Positions 36,910 through 51,149 of a stretch of DNA of 64,000 nt are shown here, in pieces. Origin of the DNA: Callorhinchus milii (Eukaryota). The stretch spans positions 1-64,000 of the forward strand of contig NW_024704951.1 of the NCBI RefSeq assembly GCF_018977255.1, written 5' to 3'. The notes under the pieces were generated by a model that saw nothing but the letters and a program-made list of their open reading frames with translations, searched no databases and was not told the origin of the DNA. Position 1 is the stretch's first letter. Every line of letters begins with the position of its first letter. A program made the translations under genes and the position numbers.

Positions 36910-39900
36910 GCTTAATGAAGCTCCAATAGATTCACCTTTGTCACAGGCCTTTAATGAAAATGAACGTGAAGTCGAACACTCAATTCCTGGGTTCAGCCTG
37001 CAGAATAAGAGCGGCGAGTATTTGTTGACCTGTGGGTTGGGTAGATGAATAATCAGGATCAAGAGACAATATGCTCCCAAGTATTCCACTGTTATATTTA
37101 TATTTGCATTGATATGGTGCTTGCTTTATTGCCTTAGCAACTCAGTTGTTTCATGTCTCATCACAGACACTCGAAGAGCACCTTCAAGTGGCAGCTGCCT
37201 CTGTGTGATAAGGTGACCCTGCTTGAGCCTGCATGTGGGCATGAGTCTGTCAGTAGGGAGTGATGATCGATGTGTAATCTCCATTATGTAATTTCTGGAT
37301 AATGTTTGGAATTATCCAAATATTGACCATGACCCCAACATGCAATGACCTATGCGTTTTGAATGACAATAGTATGTTTTACATCCACTGTTAAGCAGAC
37401 GGTGCATATTTGGTTTAATGTTACTGGAGTAGCCAGGGGTGCCTGTCGGATTTGAGCCTTGAACCTCTGTAATAAATAGAGAATGTGCTACCACTGGGCT
37501 TCCCTTAATCTGAGTGTAGGCATGACAGCCTGAATGTTTCTAACCGGAGCAGATGTTCAATTTAGAGGGGTCCACGTTTTACATGGCTACAGAAGGGAGG
37601 GCATTACTGTGGCCGAGAAGAACCGAAGCTTCATGCCGAGTGACAGACCAGGTAGCTTCCACACAGCATTGCGCAGCCGATGAAATGATAATGCCGCCCG
37701 ACTGAATTCGGACCACCCACACAGTGTACACACACCATGTCTACACAGAGCGTACACAGTGTACCCGCACAGTATACAAACAGCCTGTACACACACAGTA
37801 ACAAAAACAACCGCCATTTGTCACTAAGTGTTAATGAGCCCGGCACATTATCATAATTTATTCATATTGGTTCTTTCGGTAAAGTCACGTAGAATGGAAA
37901 TAATAAATAAAAATAAAACTATAAAATAATTCTCACGTTTCGGCCACAACGCAAGCAGCCGTCACCAGGTGAAGACCAGGTCTGTCGATTTTACCGAAAG
38001 AACCAAGAATATGAAGCCCTGCAGTCACGAAAGCTTTAAATCGAAATATAATTTATTCACCATTGTAACCTCATTTGCCCAGAGGAAAAAATATGATAAT
38101 TTTTTTTTACCCCTTTTAGCTGTCAACAAAACTGATCTGGTCCAACACCATGTGAGACTAGGCTCTAAGGAAAGCTGTCTTGGGTGTGGACCAATCAACT
38201 TCAAGGACAGTGCATACATTATCAGAGTTATATTTTTCGTTTGTATTACGACTGCAGGTATTGTGGTCTATGCAAACATGACTCCTTGTAAAAAAGGTGT
38301 CAGTTTTGTTGCCAGATAAAATGGTAAAACAAATTATAATTTTTCGATTTAAAGCTTTCGTGACTGCAGGGATTCATCTTCTTGGTTCTTTCGGTAAAGT
38401 CACGTAGAAGGGAAGTAATAAAATAAACGTCGTGAGATAATTATCTTATTTTATTATGTTTTATTTTTATTATTTTATTACTTCCCTTCTACGTGACTTT
38501 ACCGAAAGAACCAAGAAGATAAATTATAATTTATTCAAGTTACACTGCTGCTCGATAGGGGAGGGGATTGTGTGGACCCCGCAAGTGACGTCATGTCACC
38601 TGCCGCATGACGTCACGGCATACCAGGAAGCTTCTGCTCCGCGCACGTTCGCGCACGGAAGATCCGTGGTGAGAAGATTACATCGTGGTGGTTGTGGTTA
38701 TTGTTGTGGTTGTTGTTGTGAACCTAGGTAGAGCCTCGCTCCTTCTCCTCTCGTATGGATATCAATTGAGTAGCAGCGAGTATGGAATCGATGTCCAGGT
38801 TGGAACATTACAAACGCAGGGCCTAGCCATGCGGGGCCTTGCCTCCTGCCCTCGCCTGATTGCATTTGCTTTAATTCTCAGCTTAAGTTTAATTTGTCTT
38901 CACCTGGCTCACTACTTTGAAACTTTTTTTTACTTTAAATATTTCTACGTTTTTTATTTTACCAGGCATAGCCACTTGAGCTACACCGCTCGTTTTCAGA
39001 AGCGACCTGCCCACCAGCAGTGGGCTTATCAACGCGTGGAAATGTTTATCGGTCAAATACTCTAAACGCGTGGTGATGTTGACTCTAAATGTGCAGGGGA
39101 AAACCGCAGGATCCGGAGGAAAATCCACGCGACCACGGAGAGAGAGGGACACGCAAACTCCAAATATACAGCCATAATACAGGTTTGTTTGTGTGAGATC
39201 GCGTAAATAAATCAATGTGTCGTTAACCCCGCCACCACCGGACAGCCAATTAGCAAGGGTTGTCACGTAAACAGAACGTGGACCATGTGTCACTAGTACA
39301 GCACTAGTGTGTAGTGTAGTGTATAGTAGTGTATAGTGTAGTGTATGGTAGTGTATAGTGTAGTGTACTAGTACAGCATATCGGTATGTTGGAGAGCCAA
39401 GCCACAACATTTACAATCTGAGTACGACGTTTTGACAGTACAGTGGTACCCCGGGGATCGAACTTAATTCGTTCCAGAAGGCCATTCGAACACCGATTTG
39501 TTGGAACACCGAATTAATTTCCCCCATAAGAGTTAATGTTAAGGACATGAATTGGTTCCAGACACAATACATCTCTCATACAGCATTTTTACACGAAGTT
39601 TACAGTAATTACATGAATAAAAAATACAAAAAAAACAACAAATGAAATAAATGAACATTGAACTTACTACCACTAACCTTCTTAGGAGACATTGTGTATG
39701 GATAAACACCAAAAACACTAAAATAAAGGAAATTAACTAAAAAGTTAAGGAACGATGTTTTGCCGGTCTGCACTGGGTGAGAGCTACGCGTTAACTAAGC
39801 TCTCACACGGTAAAACATTTGTCTGGGTAAGCGTCATGCATGCTGGCCATACACGTCTCAGCCAAACAGGTTTTTTCAAGTCGTGATTGCCCGTTCGACC

Positions 39901-40158
39901 TCCGAATTTCGTTCGGTTTCCGGGCAAAAAATGGTCGGAAATATGTTCTACACCGATTTGTTCGAGTTCTGGTGCGTTCCATCTCCGAGATTCTTCTGTA
40001 ATTTCAACAAACTTCATCAGGCGACAGCCAAATGTTGTGGCTTGGCTCTGTGGGAATATAAATTGGCTCACTGGGTTCATAGCGCAGCACGCTAACTGTT
40101 GCACCACCGCTCCCCACTCACGCAAAAACTTCATCGGAAGTATAGTATTTTTTCCAGT

Positions 40159-42507
40159 AATGACTAAGTTACCCGGCTTAGCTCAGGTCTCAGTAATTAA
40201 ACATTAAGAGTAATGTCTTGCCATTCTGACTTTATTACAATTATTGAATTTTGCCAATGAAGTCTGTAATGTGTGTATATTGTCTCGGTTTTTTGGTTGT
40301 GTTATACAATATCAGGGCTTGTTTTGTTTCATAATGAGGACAACTTCTAAATCGTGGCCCTTGGAGAGCTTCATGATAGACAATGTTGGATGTTTTTGCC
40401 ATCTGGTGGGTTTCATCAAATGAAGCTTCCATTTTGGTATACATGTCGACAGAAAATTTGTGGAAGAGCTCTTTGCATCTCAAGAACAGATTGAAGTTGC
40501 CGTTCGCCCATGATCCTGAAGGCAAAGCAGTCCATGGCGGAAATCTTCTTTTGTGTTGGCAAGCCTGTTGCTAGGTCCGTTTGGGAAGTCGGAAAAATTG
40601 TAGCCATCATCACCTTGCCAGAAAATCAGTAGACATTGCAGAGCATCATGGGATCGGTGTGTTTCATTTCTGTGTAGGGTGTTGTTCCTCAGTTGCAAGA
40701 CGATGCCTCGAGTGCCATGTTCAGCAGTCAGAATGACAGCGACTTCAGATGTGAGTGCATTTAAGCGGCACTCATGTTGACCATGTGGATTTAGTCTGCA
40801 TGAATGACAACATTGTAACTCTGAAGTCATTTTTTACATGGCACACTTGAAACTGAATGTAAGAGTTTTCCTTATGGAGCATGTCTTGCAACAGCAATAG
40901 GACTGGCATCTTGGTGTTTATGACATTTTTGCAATGCTGGTGAGCCTGTCTGGTATTGTCAGATATGCAAGTAGATCTCTGGTAATGTAGGTAGGTTATT
41001 AGGTAGTGGCAGCAGACTGCAATGCGAGTATGTACCTGGCCTGCACTTAAATGTGGGCATGTAGCCAGATGTTACGATGAGTTGGTCGGTGCCAAAACAT
41101 GATCATTTGGAACCATGAGTTATATTTTAAATTGTTGTTTTGGAAATGGCTTTTCAGGTATCAATACATGAATAGGCTCGGTATGGTCATTAATTGTAGG
41201 AAGCTGAACCATGGTACTGTTGCAGAATAGCCTTGGAGGGTCTCCTTTCAATGTCATTGTATGGCAGTAGCTGCAAGAAGTAGACATGGAACCAATAGCA
41301 ACTAATGGATCGGTGTAAATGAAGTGAGAAATTTATGGAAAAAATACTTATCCTTTTGGCTGCAGGGTAGGCACCTGGTTGCAGCCATTGTAGTACTGTT
41401 TGCAAGCTGAGGTGCTTGTTGGCGGACTGGAGTCTATTAGCTGTTGCAACAGCCAATTGTGCTGTGTTACTTTCTGTGGAGCTTATTGCTTTTGATGAGA
41501 TGCATTCACTGTAGGTGCAGCAGCATAGCAGCACTGGCAGCATGCCGTCTTGTTTTGGTGTTCAGCAGTGTCCTCAATAGGTGCAGCCATCGCAGCACTT
41601 ATACAAATAGCATCAATTATTGTAATCCGCTTTGGTGAAGAGAAGCGCATGTTTTCCGCAAGGAACATTATAGGTGGAGGTAAAAGTTAGTAAGCAGAAA
41701 AAAGCATGAATAGTGAGTGTGTGAGTAAATGCTGTGGTGAGATTATTTATTAAATTATAGTGAATGTGGAATCGTTGTAAGAATATGAAGACATAGCTGC
41801 AACGGAATAAGTATGAGGATGTAAGTTGTTGGAGGGAGTAATTGTTTGTAGTGCTTGAAGTGGGTATGAATAGTAATGTGTGTGGTGGTGCGTATACACA
41901 AAAATAAGTTGAATGTGTGTGTGCGTGCTTTTTATTCCTTACCAGGCGATCTAGACTTGATTTATTTTGTCGTAGCTGTTGCATAGCGTCTATATTGTGT
42001 AGGAGGAGGTCGGTAGTCCTGGCACATAGATGTAGATATTTTAGAATCGTACATGTCTTTTTAAAATAAATATTGCAGTGTGTGTTAGAGGTGAGCCGTG
42101 CATGTGCATAGAGGACAGTAAGGAGCTGGAAGTGGATGAATTTGGCAGCAAAAGCGCAGGTCTGATAATAGGGAAGGATAACATGTAAATATGACAACAA
42201 ATATTGCAGTGCAGACACTTATGTTATGATGAGTGCTTGGAATTGTAGTATATGAAATGTCATAATGTGTTTGCGTGTGTGGCTAACCCATGGTGATAGA
42301 AATGGAGGGGGGGGGGGAGGAATGGTGGGGGGTTGGAGTTGCAGGTGTCTGAGGTTTGAAGTTGAGCAGGTAAGCTAAAAATAGTGTGACAACACACTAA
42401 CTCACCTGTGAGTACTCATTGAATGTTTACGCTGTGTAGGTTTAATGGTGTTGGCACATTTGGTTCACAAAAAATTTACATGCGCAAGTCTGCTTTATTT
42501 AATTAGC
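40159..42507 (-). mobile_element. Helitron relic, unit 2
   Basis: Copy of 31414-33768; ORFs 40241-40525 and 40480-40830 show the motifs. Confidence 0.85.
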
Positions 42508-44606
42508 TTCATACTATTTTCGTTTCAATTTTTTTTTGTTTACGGTTTCTGAATGTTTATTTCAATTGTTTAGTTTTTAGTTGATTTGGAATGCACTACA
42601 GTACTTTGTTTCGATTGTGATGTGAATTTTATATTCTTATTCTTGGTTCTTTCGGTAAAGTCACGTTAGAAGGGAAATAATAAAATAATAATAAAAAACG
42701 ATAAATATGCCTCGAAGCCCTATGTTAACCCAAAACTCGAAGCCATACAATTTCGGTTGTCTGATTAGAAAATGAATATTTATGAAAGCTAAATTCAGCT
42801 AACAAAGCAAGGTGTTGAAAATAATACTGTTTGTATTATGCATAAATTAATGTTCAAACGAAACTTAGAGGTGTGAAGCCAGGCTTAAGTATTGTATCGC
42901 ACTTTTAGCTTTCGCTCAGCAATTTCCAAGAAGGTAATTTATTTTCTGTCGATCGAGTACAGAAGAGGAGTACGGATTTTTGCGGAAACTCGATTTCTGC
43001 ATTTTTATATAATTAATGCCTATAGTATCATAAAGAGGCTTGGGGCTTTTGGTTGTTTGTTTCGGGTCCAGTTCCACTTGTTGGAGACTCAGTGGAACGT
43101 AGACCCTAGATGTAGACGAAGGTTTCTTAAGGTTGAAAACAACTCCGGTTCCTCTGGGGGACCCGGCTTATATTCTCTGCGGTTTGGCTGGCTCCCTCCC
43201 TTGGCCACGACCACTTTCCAGAATCCTCGAGCAGGATCTGGACCCGACCACACGGACCACCCCTAGCCCCCACTTGGGGCCCCTTCGTAGACTTAACTGG
43301 TCACGTGTCCTCTCGGGTCAACCAGAGTGGCCATGGCCTTTAGTAACCTCATTCCTACGGCCAGTCACTACACACACCCTATCCTGTAGGGCAGCACTGC
43401 ATGCCAAGCGTGGTGCCATCCTGCGCTATCAATCAGCGCTCTAGGGCTGGTAACGACACCCACCATAGTGGTATCCGCGATGTCGTTACACCGCACGCCG
43501 TGCCTCTCGAGGGCCAGCACGACACAGTGACATCCCGCGATGTCACTAGATCTGTAAGAGTTTATCGTGTGGGGAGCGGTGGCGCAGTTATTACAACTGT
43601 GTAACAAAAAACATTTTTGTTCCTGGGTAGTGTTATTTCCTCATTGCCTATTCCTCAAAAGTACAGATTATTCCCCACAACTTTGCCTTTTTTGATCAGG
43701 ACAATATGAAAAACCTATCGCGGCTAATTTGTGTCTTTCGTTCAACATAAGAGTCCTGGTCACAAAAGCAAAGTTTGTGGGGAATAATAGCGATTTTGTA
43801 TACTTTTTAGGCATAAGCAATTAAAAAATAACACTTTGTACACAGGAAAAAAATTGTGTTACATAGTATTATTACTGTATTATGAATTCAATAATTTGAG
43901 TTTGATTATCTCCGACAACAAACGTGATTGATAAGTGAAAACTTAACTTCTTGTGGGTCTCGGCTATGTTGATTGATCTTCAATTAATTACTTGTGAAGT
44001 GAGAGAAGCATTCATATTGAGCAGATGAAGGTGGCCAGGCATGGTTCTGGACACACCACCACCTTTTTACCATGCCAGTGTGTATACAGTGTCAAGTTTG
44101 TATTTGCAGTAAAGTATATTAACATATTGAACACGGAGGTTAATCATAGTTTATTTTTGTTTTTCTTTGGAACTTTTTAACGAAAATGAACACGCACATA
44201 TGCAGCTGAAGTTAGATCTGTTCATCCCAGCATTCAAGAAAATCTGAGCCTGGCTTCACACCTCTAAGTTTCGTTTGAACATTAATTTATGCATAATACA
44301 AACAGTATATTTTCAACACCACTTTGCTTTGTTAGCTGAATTTAGCTTTCATAAATATTCATTTTCTAGTCAGACAACCGAATTGTATGCTTCGAGTTTG
44401 GGTTAACATAGGGCTTCGAGGCATATTTATGACTATTTGCCCTCATTGTTTGTCATAACAGCCCGTGTGATGAACTTTGGGAATATTAATAAGTGTAGAC
44501 GTGTAAGTCATATGTGCCTCGATACTTAGCGTAGATGGTGTGGATATTCTCTTTTTTCTGTCTGCAGCTGACGTTTCCTCTGACGCTTCTCTGCAGAATT
44601 GGTCTG

Positions 44607-45589
44607 ATGGAGCAAAGGCACTCAGCGAGTTTGGTACAAAAATGCAACAATGCGACCAGTGTGCATACAGCACGGATCGTCCTGGACATTTACACAAGCA
44701 CCAGAGAACTCACACAGGAGAGAAACCCTTCAAGTGCATGTGTGCGGAAGGCGTTTGCAGTCATCACATCTTTAACTACACACAGAGAACACACGGAGAG
44801 AAACCCTTCAGTGCAGTGTGTGGAAGGCGTTTGCACAATTCACTGCTCTTAAAAACACCAGAGAACACACACAGGAGAGAAACCCTTCAGTGCAGTCTGT
44901 GTGGGAAGGGTTTGCACAGTCATCTTCTTATTCACCAGAGAACACACACGGGAGAGAAACCCTTCAAGTGCAGTCTGTGGGGAAGGCGTTTGCACATTCA
45001 TACATCTTAACAACACCAGAAACACACACAGAGAAACCTTCAAGTGCACTGTCTGTGAGAAGGCATTTGCAGTCATCAGGTCTTAACACCAGAGAACACA
45101 CACGGGAGAGAAACCCTTCAGTTGCACTGTGTGGGAAGGCGTTTGCAGTCATCAATCTTAAAGACACCAGAGGACACACAAGCATCAGAAGATCCCCAAG
45201 AAATGGAGTCTGAAATCGGCTTGTGAAAGTCAAAGTGCTGCAATGAGCCCATCCCTCATGAAACCAGAAGTGAATCCCAGCTTGGACACTTTTAAAGGTA
45301 TCAAGGTGAAATGTGAAGAGGCGAAGGTGAAATGTGAAGAAGTGATGAAGAGCGAAGAAGTGAAGGTGAAATGTGAAGTGATGGTGAAGAGCGAAAAAGT
45401 GACGGTAAACTGTGAAGATGAAGATTCAACTCCAAAATCGTACCTTCACATCGATGGAGGCAACGTGAAGCAGGAGGAGAATTCTGACTGCGAGGCAGAG
45501 CTAGGCAACTCCCAGAGTTTGTGGAAGTGGAGGTGTGGGTGGACTTCTTAGACAATACAAAGTCAAATGGAGACCCGGTAGATGTGTAG
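44607..45589 (+). pseudogene. C2H2 zinc-finger copy 3, heavily frameshifted (pseudogene or poor consensus)
   Basis: ATGGAGCAAAGG start and HTGEKPF remnants in several frames, with many 1-6 bp deletions; the VKCE tail is present (ORF 45243-45551). Confidence 0.75.
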
Positions 45590-48500
45590 CTTAATGAAGC
45601 TCCAATAGATGCACCTTTGTCACAGGCCTTTAATGAAAAGAACGTGAAATTGAACACTGAATTCCTGGGTTCAACCTGCAGAGTAAGAGCGGCGAGTATT
45701 TGTTGACCTGTGGGTTGGGTAGATGAATAATCAGGAGCAAGAGCCAATAAGCTTCTAAGTATTCCACTGTTATATTTATATTTGCATTGATATGGTGTTT
45801 TAATTGCCTCAGCAACTCAGTTTTCATATCTCATCACAACACTCGAAGAGCACCTTCAAGTGGCAGCTGCCTCTGTCATAAGGTGACCTGCTGTCACCTG
45901 CATGTGGGCATGAGTCTGTCAGTAGGGGGTGATGATTGATGTGTAATCTTCATTATGTAATTTCTGGATAATGTTTGAAATTGCCCAAATATTGACCATG
46001 ACACCAACATGCAATGACCTATGCGTTTTGAATGACACATCGTATGTTTTACATCCACTGTTAAGCAGACGGTGCATATTTTGTTAATGTTACTGGAGTA
46101 GCCAGGTGCCTGTCGGATTTGAACCTTGAACCTCTGTAATAAATAGAGAATGTGCTACCACTGGCTTCCCTTAATCTGAGTGTAGGCATGACAGCCTGAA
46201 TGTTTCTAACCGAGCAGATGTTCAATTTAGAGGGGTCCACGTTTTACATGGCTACAGAAGGGAGGGCATTACTGTGAGAAGAACCGAAGCTTCATGCGGA
46301 GTGACAGACCAGGTAGCTTCCACACAGCATTGCGCAGCCGATGAAATGATAATGCCGCCCGACTGATTCGGACCACCCACACAGTGTACACACACCATGT
46401 CTACACAGAGCGTACACAGTGTACCCGCACAGTATACAAACAGCCTGTACACACAGTAACAAAACAACCGCCATTTGTCACTAAGTGTTAATGAGCCCGG
46501 CACATTATCATAATTTATTCATATTGGTTCTTTCGGTAAAGTCACGTAGAATGGAAATAATAAAATAAAAATAAAACTATAAAATAATTCTCACGTTTCG
46601 GCCACAACGCAAGCAGCCGTCACCAGGTGAAGACCAGGTCTGTCGATTTTACCGAAAGAACCAAGAATATGAAGCCCTGCAGTCACGAAAGCTTTAAATC
46701 GAAATATAATTTATTCACCATTGTAACCTCATTTGCCAGAGGAAAAAATATGATAATTTTTTTTTACCCCTTTTAGCTGTCAACAAAACTGATCTGGTCC
46801 AACACCATGTGAGACTAGGCTCTTAAGGAAAGCTGTCTCGGGGTGTGGACCAATCAACTTCAAGGACAGTGCATACATTTCAGAGTTATTTTTTTGTTTG
46901 CATTATGACCTGCAGGTATTGTGGTCTATGCAAACATGACTCCTTGTAAAAAAGGTGTCAGTTTTGTTGCCAGATAAAGATGGTAAAAACATAATTATCT
47001 TTTTTCGATTTAAAGCTTTCGTGACTGCAGGGATTCATCTTCTTGGTTCTTTCGGTAAAGTCACGTAGAAGGGAAGTAATAAAATAAACGTCTAAACTTA
47101 TTTTATTATGTTTTATTTTTTATTATTTTTTTTTATTCCTTCTACGTGACTTTACCGAAAGAACCAAGAAGATAAATTATAATTTATTCAAGTTACACTG
47201 CTGCTCGATAGGGAGGGGATTGTGTGGACCCCGCAAGTGACGTCATGTCACCTGCCGCATGACGTCACGGCATACCAGGAAGCTTCTGCTCCGCGCACGT
47301 TCGCGCACGGAGATCCGTGGTGAGAAGATTACATCGTGTGGTTGTGGTTATTGTTGTGGTTGTTGTTGTGAACCTAGGTAGAGCCTCGCTCCTTCTCCTC
47401 TCGTATGGATATCAATTGAGTAGCAGCGAGTATGGAATCGATGTCCAGGTTGGAACATTACAACGCGGGCCTAGCCTGCCTTGCCTCCTGCCTCGCCTGA
47501 TTGCATTTGCTTTAATTCTCAGCTTAAGTTTAATTTGTCTTCACCTGGCTCACTACTTTGAAACTTTTTTTTCTTTAAATATTTCTACGTTTTTTATTTT
47601 ACCAGGCATAGCCCACTTGAGCTACACCGCTCGTTTTCAGAAGCGACCTGCCCACAACGCAGTGGGCTTATCAACGTGTGGAATGTTTATCGGTCAAATA
47701 CTCTAAACGCGTGGTGATGTTGACTCTAAATGTGCAGGGAAAACCGCAGGATCCGGAGGAAAATCCACGCGACCACGGAGAGAGAGGGACACGCAAACTC
47801 CAAATATACAGCCATAATACAGGTTTGTTTGTGTGAGATCGCGTAAATAAATCAATGTGTCGTTAACCCCGCCACCACCCGACAGCCAATTAGCAAGGGT
47901 TGTCACGTAAACAGAACGTGGACCATGTCACTAGTACAGCACTAGTGTGTAGTGTAGTGTATAGTAGTGTATAGTGTAGTGTATGGTAGTGTATAGTGTA
48001 GTGTACTAGTACAGCATATCGGTATGTTGGAGAGCCAAGCCACAACATTTACAATCTGAGTACGACGTTTTGACAGTACAGTGGTACCCCGGGGATCGAA
48101 CTTAATTCGTTCCAGAAGGCCATTCGAACACCGATTTGTTGGAACACCGAATTAATTTCCCCCATAAGAGTTAATGTTAAGGACATGAATTGGTTCCAGA
48201 CACAATACATCTCTCATATACAGCATTTTTACACGAAGTTTACAGTAATTACATGAATAAAAAAAAAAAAAAACACAAAAATGAAATAAATGAACATTGA
48301 ACTTCACTACCACTAACCTTCTTAGGAGACATTGTGTATGGATAAACACCAAAAAACACTAAAAAAGGAAATTAACTAAAAAGTTAAGGAACGATGTTTT
48401 GCCGGTCTGCACTGGGTGAGAGCTACGCGTTAACTAAGCCTCTCATGGTAAAACATTTGTCTGGGTAAGCGTCATGCATGCTGGCCATACACGTCTCAGC

Positions 48501-48799
48501 CAAACAGGTTTTTTCAAGTCGTGATTGCCCGTTCGACCTCCGAATTTCGTTCGGTTTCCGGGGCAAAAAAATGGTCGGAAATATCGTTCTAACACCGATT
48601 TGTTCGAGTTCTGGTGCGTTCCATCTCCGAGATTCTTCTGTAATTTCAACAAACTTCATCAGGCGACAGCCAAATGTTGTGGCTTGGCTCTGTGGGAATA
48701 TAAATTGGCTCACTGGGTTCATAGCGCAGCACGCTAACTGTTGCACCACCGCTCCCCACTCACGCAAAAACTTCATCGGAAGTATAGTATTTTTCCAGT

Positions 48800-51149
48800 A
48801 ATGACTAAGTTACCGGCTTAGCTCAGGTCTCAGTAATCAAACATTAAGAGTAATGTCTTGCCATTCTGACTTTATTACAATTATTGAATTTTGCCAATGA
48901 AGTCTGTAAATGTGTGTATATTGTCTCGGTTTTTTGGTTGTGTTATACAATATCAGGGCTTGTTTGTTTCATAATGAGGACAACTTCTAAATCAGTGGCC
49001 CTTGGAGAGCTTCATGATAGACAATGTTGGATGTTTTGCCATCTGGTGGGTTTCATCAAATGAAGCTTCCATTTTGGTATACATGTCGACAGAAAATTTG
49101 TGGAAGAGCTCTTTGCATCTCAAGAACAGATTGAAGTTGCCGTTCGCACCATGATCCTGAAGGCAAAGCAGTCCATGGCGGAAATCTTCTTTTGTGTTGG
49201 CAAGCCTGTTGCTAGGTCCGTTTGGCGAAGTCGGAAAATTGTAGCCATCATCACCTTGCCAGAAAATCAGTAGACATTGCAGAGCATCATAGGATCGGTG
49301 TGTTTCATTTCTGTGTAGGGTGTTGTTCCTCAGTTGCAAGACGATGCCTCGAGTGCCATGTTCAGCAGTCAGAATGACAGCGACTTCAGATGTGAGTGCA
49401 TTTAAGCGGCACTCATGTTGACCATGTGGATTTTAGTCTGCATGAATGACAACATTGTAACTCTGAAGTCATTTTTTACATGGCACACTTGAAACTGAAT
49501 GTAAGAGTTTTCCTTATGGAGCATGTCTTGCAACAGCAATAGGACTGGCATCTTGGTGTTTATGACATTTTTGCAATGCTGGTGAGCCTGTCTGGTATTG
49601 TCAGATATGCAAGTAGATCTCTGGTAATGTAGGTAGGTTATTAGGTAGTGGCAGCAGACTGACAATGCGAGTATGTACCTGGCCCTGCACTTAAATGTGG
49701 CATGTAGCCAGATGTTACGATGAGTTGGTCGGTGCCAAAACATGATCATTTGGAACCATGAGTTATATTTTAAATTGTTGTTTTGGAAATGGCTTTTCAG
49801 GTATCAATACATGAATAGGCTCGGTATGGTCATTAATTGTAGGAAGCTGAACCATGGTACTGTTGCAGAATAGCCTTGGAGGGTCTCCTTTCAATGTCAT
49901 TGTATGGCAGTAGCTGCAAGAAGTAGACATGGAACCAATGCAACTAATGGATCGGTGTAATGAAGTGAGAAAATTTATGGAAAAACATACTTATCCTTTT
50001 GGCTGCAGGGTAGGCACCTGGTTGCAGCCATTGTAGTACTGTTTGCAAGCTGAGGTGCTTGTTGGCGGACTGGAGTCTATTAGCTGTTGCAACAGCCAAT
50101 TGTGCTGTGGTTACTTTCTGTGGAGCTTATTGCTTTTGATGAGATGCATTCACTGTAGGTGCAGGCATAGCAGCACTGGCAGCATGCCGTCTTGTTTGGT
50201 GTTCAGCAGTGTCCTCAATAGGTGCAGCCATCGCAGCACTTATACAAATAGCATCAATTATTGTAATCCGCTTTGGTGAAGAGAAGCGGCATGTTTTCCG
50301 CAGGAAATTATAGGTGGAGGTAAAAGTTAGTAAGCAGAAAAAAGCATGAATAGTGAGTGTGTGAGTAAATGCTGTGGTGAGATTATTTATTAAATTATAG
50401 TGAATGTGGAATCGTTGTAAGAATATGAAGACATAGCTGCAACGGAATAAAGTATGAGGATGTAAGTTGTTGGAGGGAGTAATTGTTTGTAGTGCTTGAA
50501 GTGGGTATGAATAGTATGTGTGTGGTGGTGCGTATACACAAAATAAGTTGAATGTGTGTGTGCGTGCTTTTTATTCCTTACAGGCGATCTAGACTTGATT
50601 TATTTTGTCGTAGCTGTTGCATAGCGTCTATATTGTGTAGGAGGAGGTCGGTAGTCCTGGACATAGATGTAGATATTTTAGAATCGTACATGTCTTTTTA
50701 AAATAAATATTGCAGTGTGTGTTAGAGGTGAGCCGTGCATGTGCATAGAGGACAGTAAGGAGCTGGAAGTGGATGAATTTGGCAGCAAAAGCGCAGGTCT
50801 GATAATAGGGAAGGATAACATGGTAAATATGACAACAAATATTGCAGTGCAGACACTTATGTTATGATGAGTGCTTGGAATTGTAGTATATGAAATGTCA
50901 TAATGTGTTTGCGTGTGTGGCTAACCCATGGTGATAGAAATGGAGGGGGGGGGGGAGGAATGGTGGGGGGTTGGAGTGTGCAGGTGTCTGAGGTTTGAAG
51001 TTGAGCAGGTAAGCTAAAAATAGTGTGACAAACACACTAACTCACCTGTGAGTACTCATTGAATGTTTACGCTGTGTAGGTTTAATGGTGTTGGCACAAT
51101 TTGGTTCACAAAAAATTTACATGCGCAAAGTCTGCTTTATTTAATTAGC
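48800..51149 (-). mobile_element. Helitron relic, unit 3
   Basis: Copy of 31414-33768; ORF 48992-49339 has ETHRSYDALQ...FWQGDDGY. Confidence 0.85.

Larger units (their letters stand above)
33854..42589 (+). repeat. Tandem ZNF-array unit 2 (8736 bp)
   Basis: Colinear copy of unit 1; shorter mainly because it lacks two 84-bp zinc-finger repeats. Confidence 0.95.
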
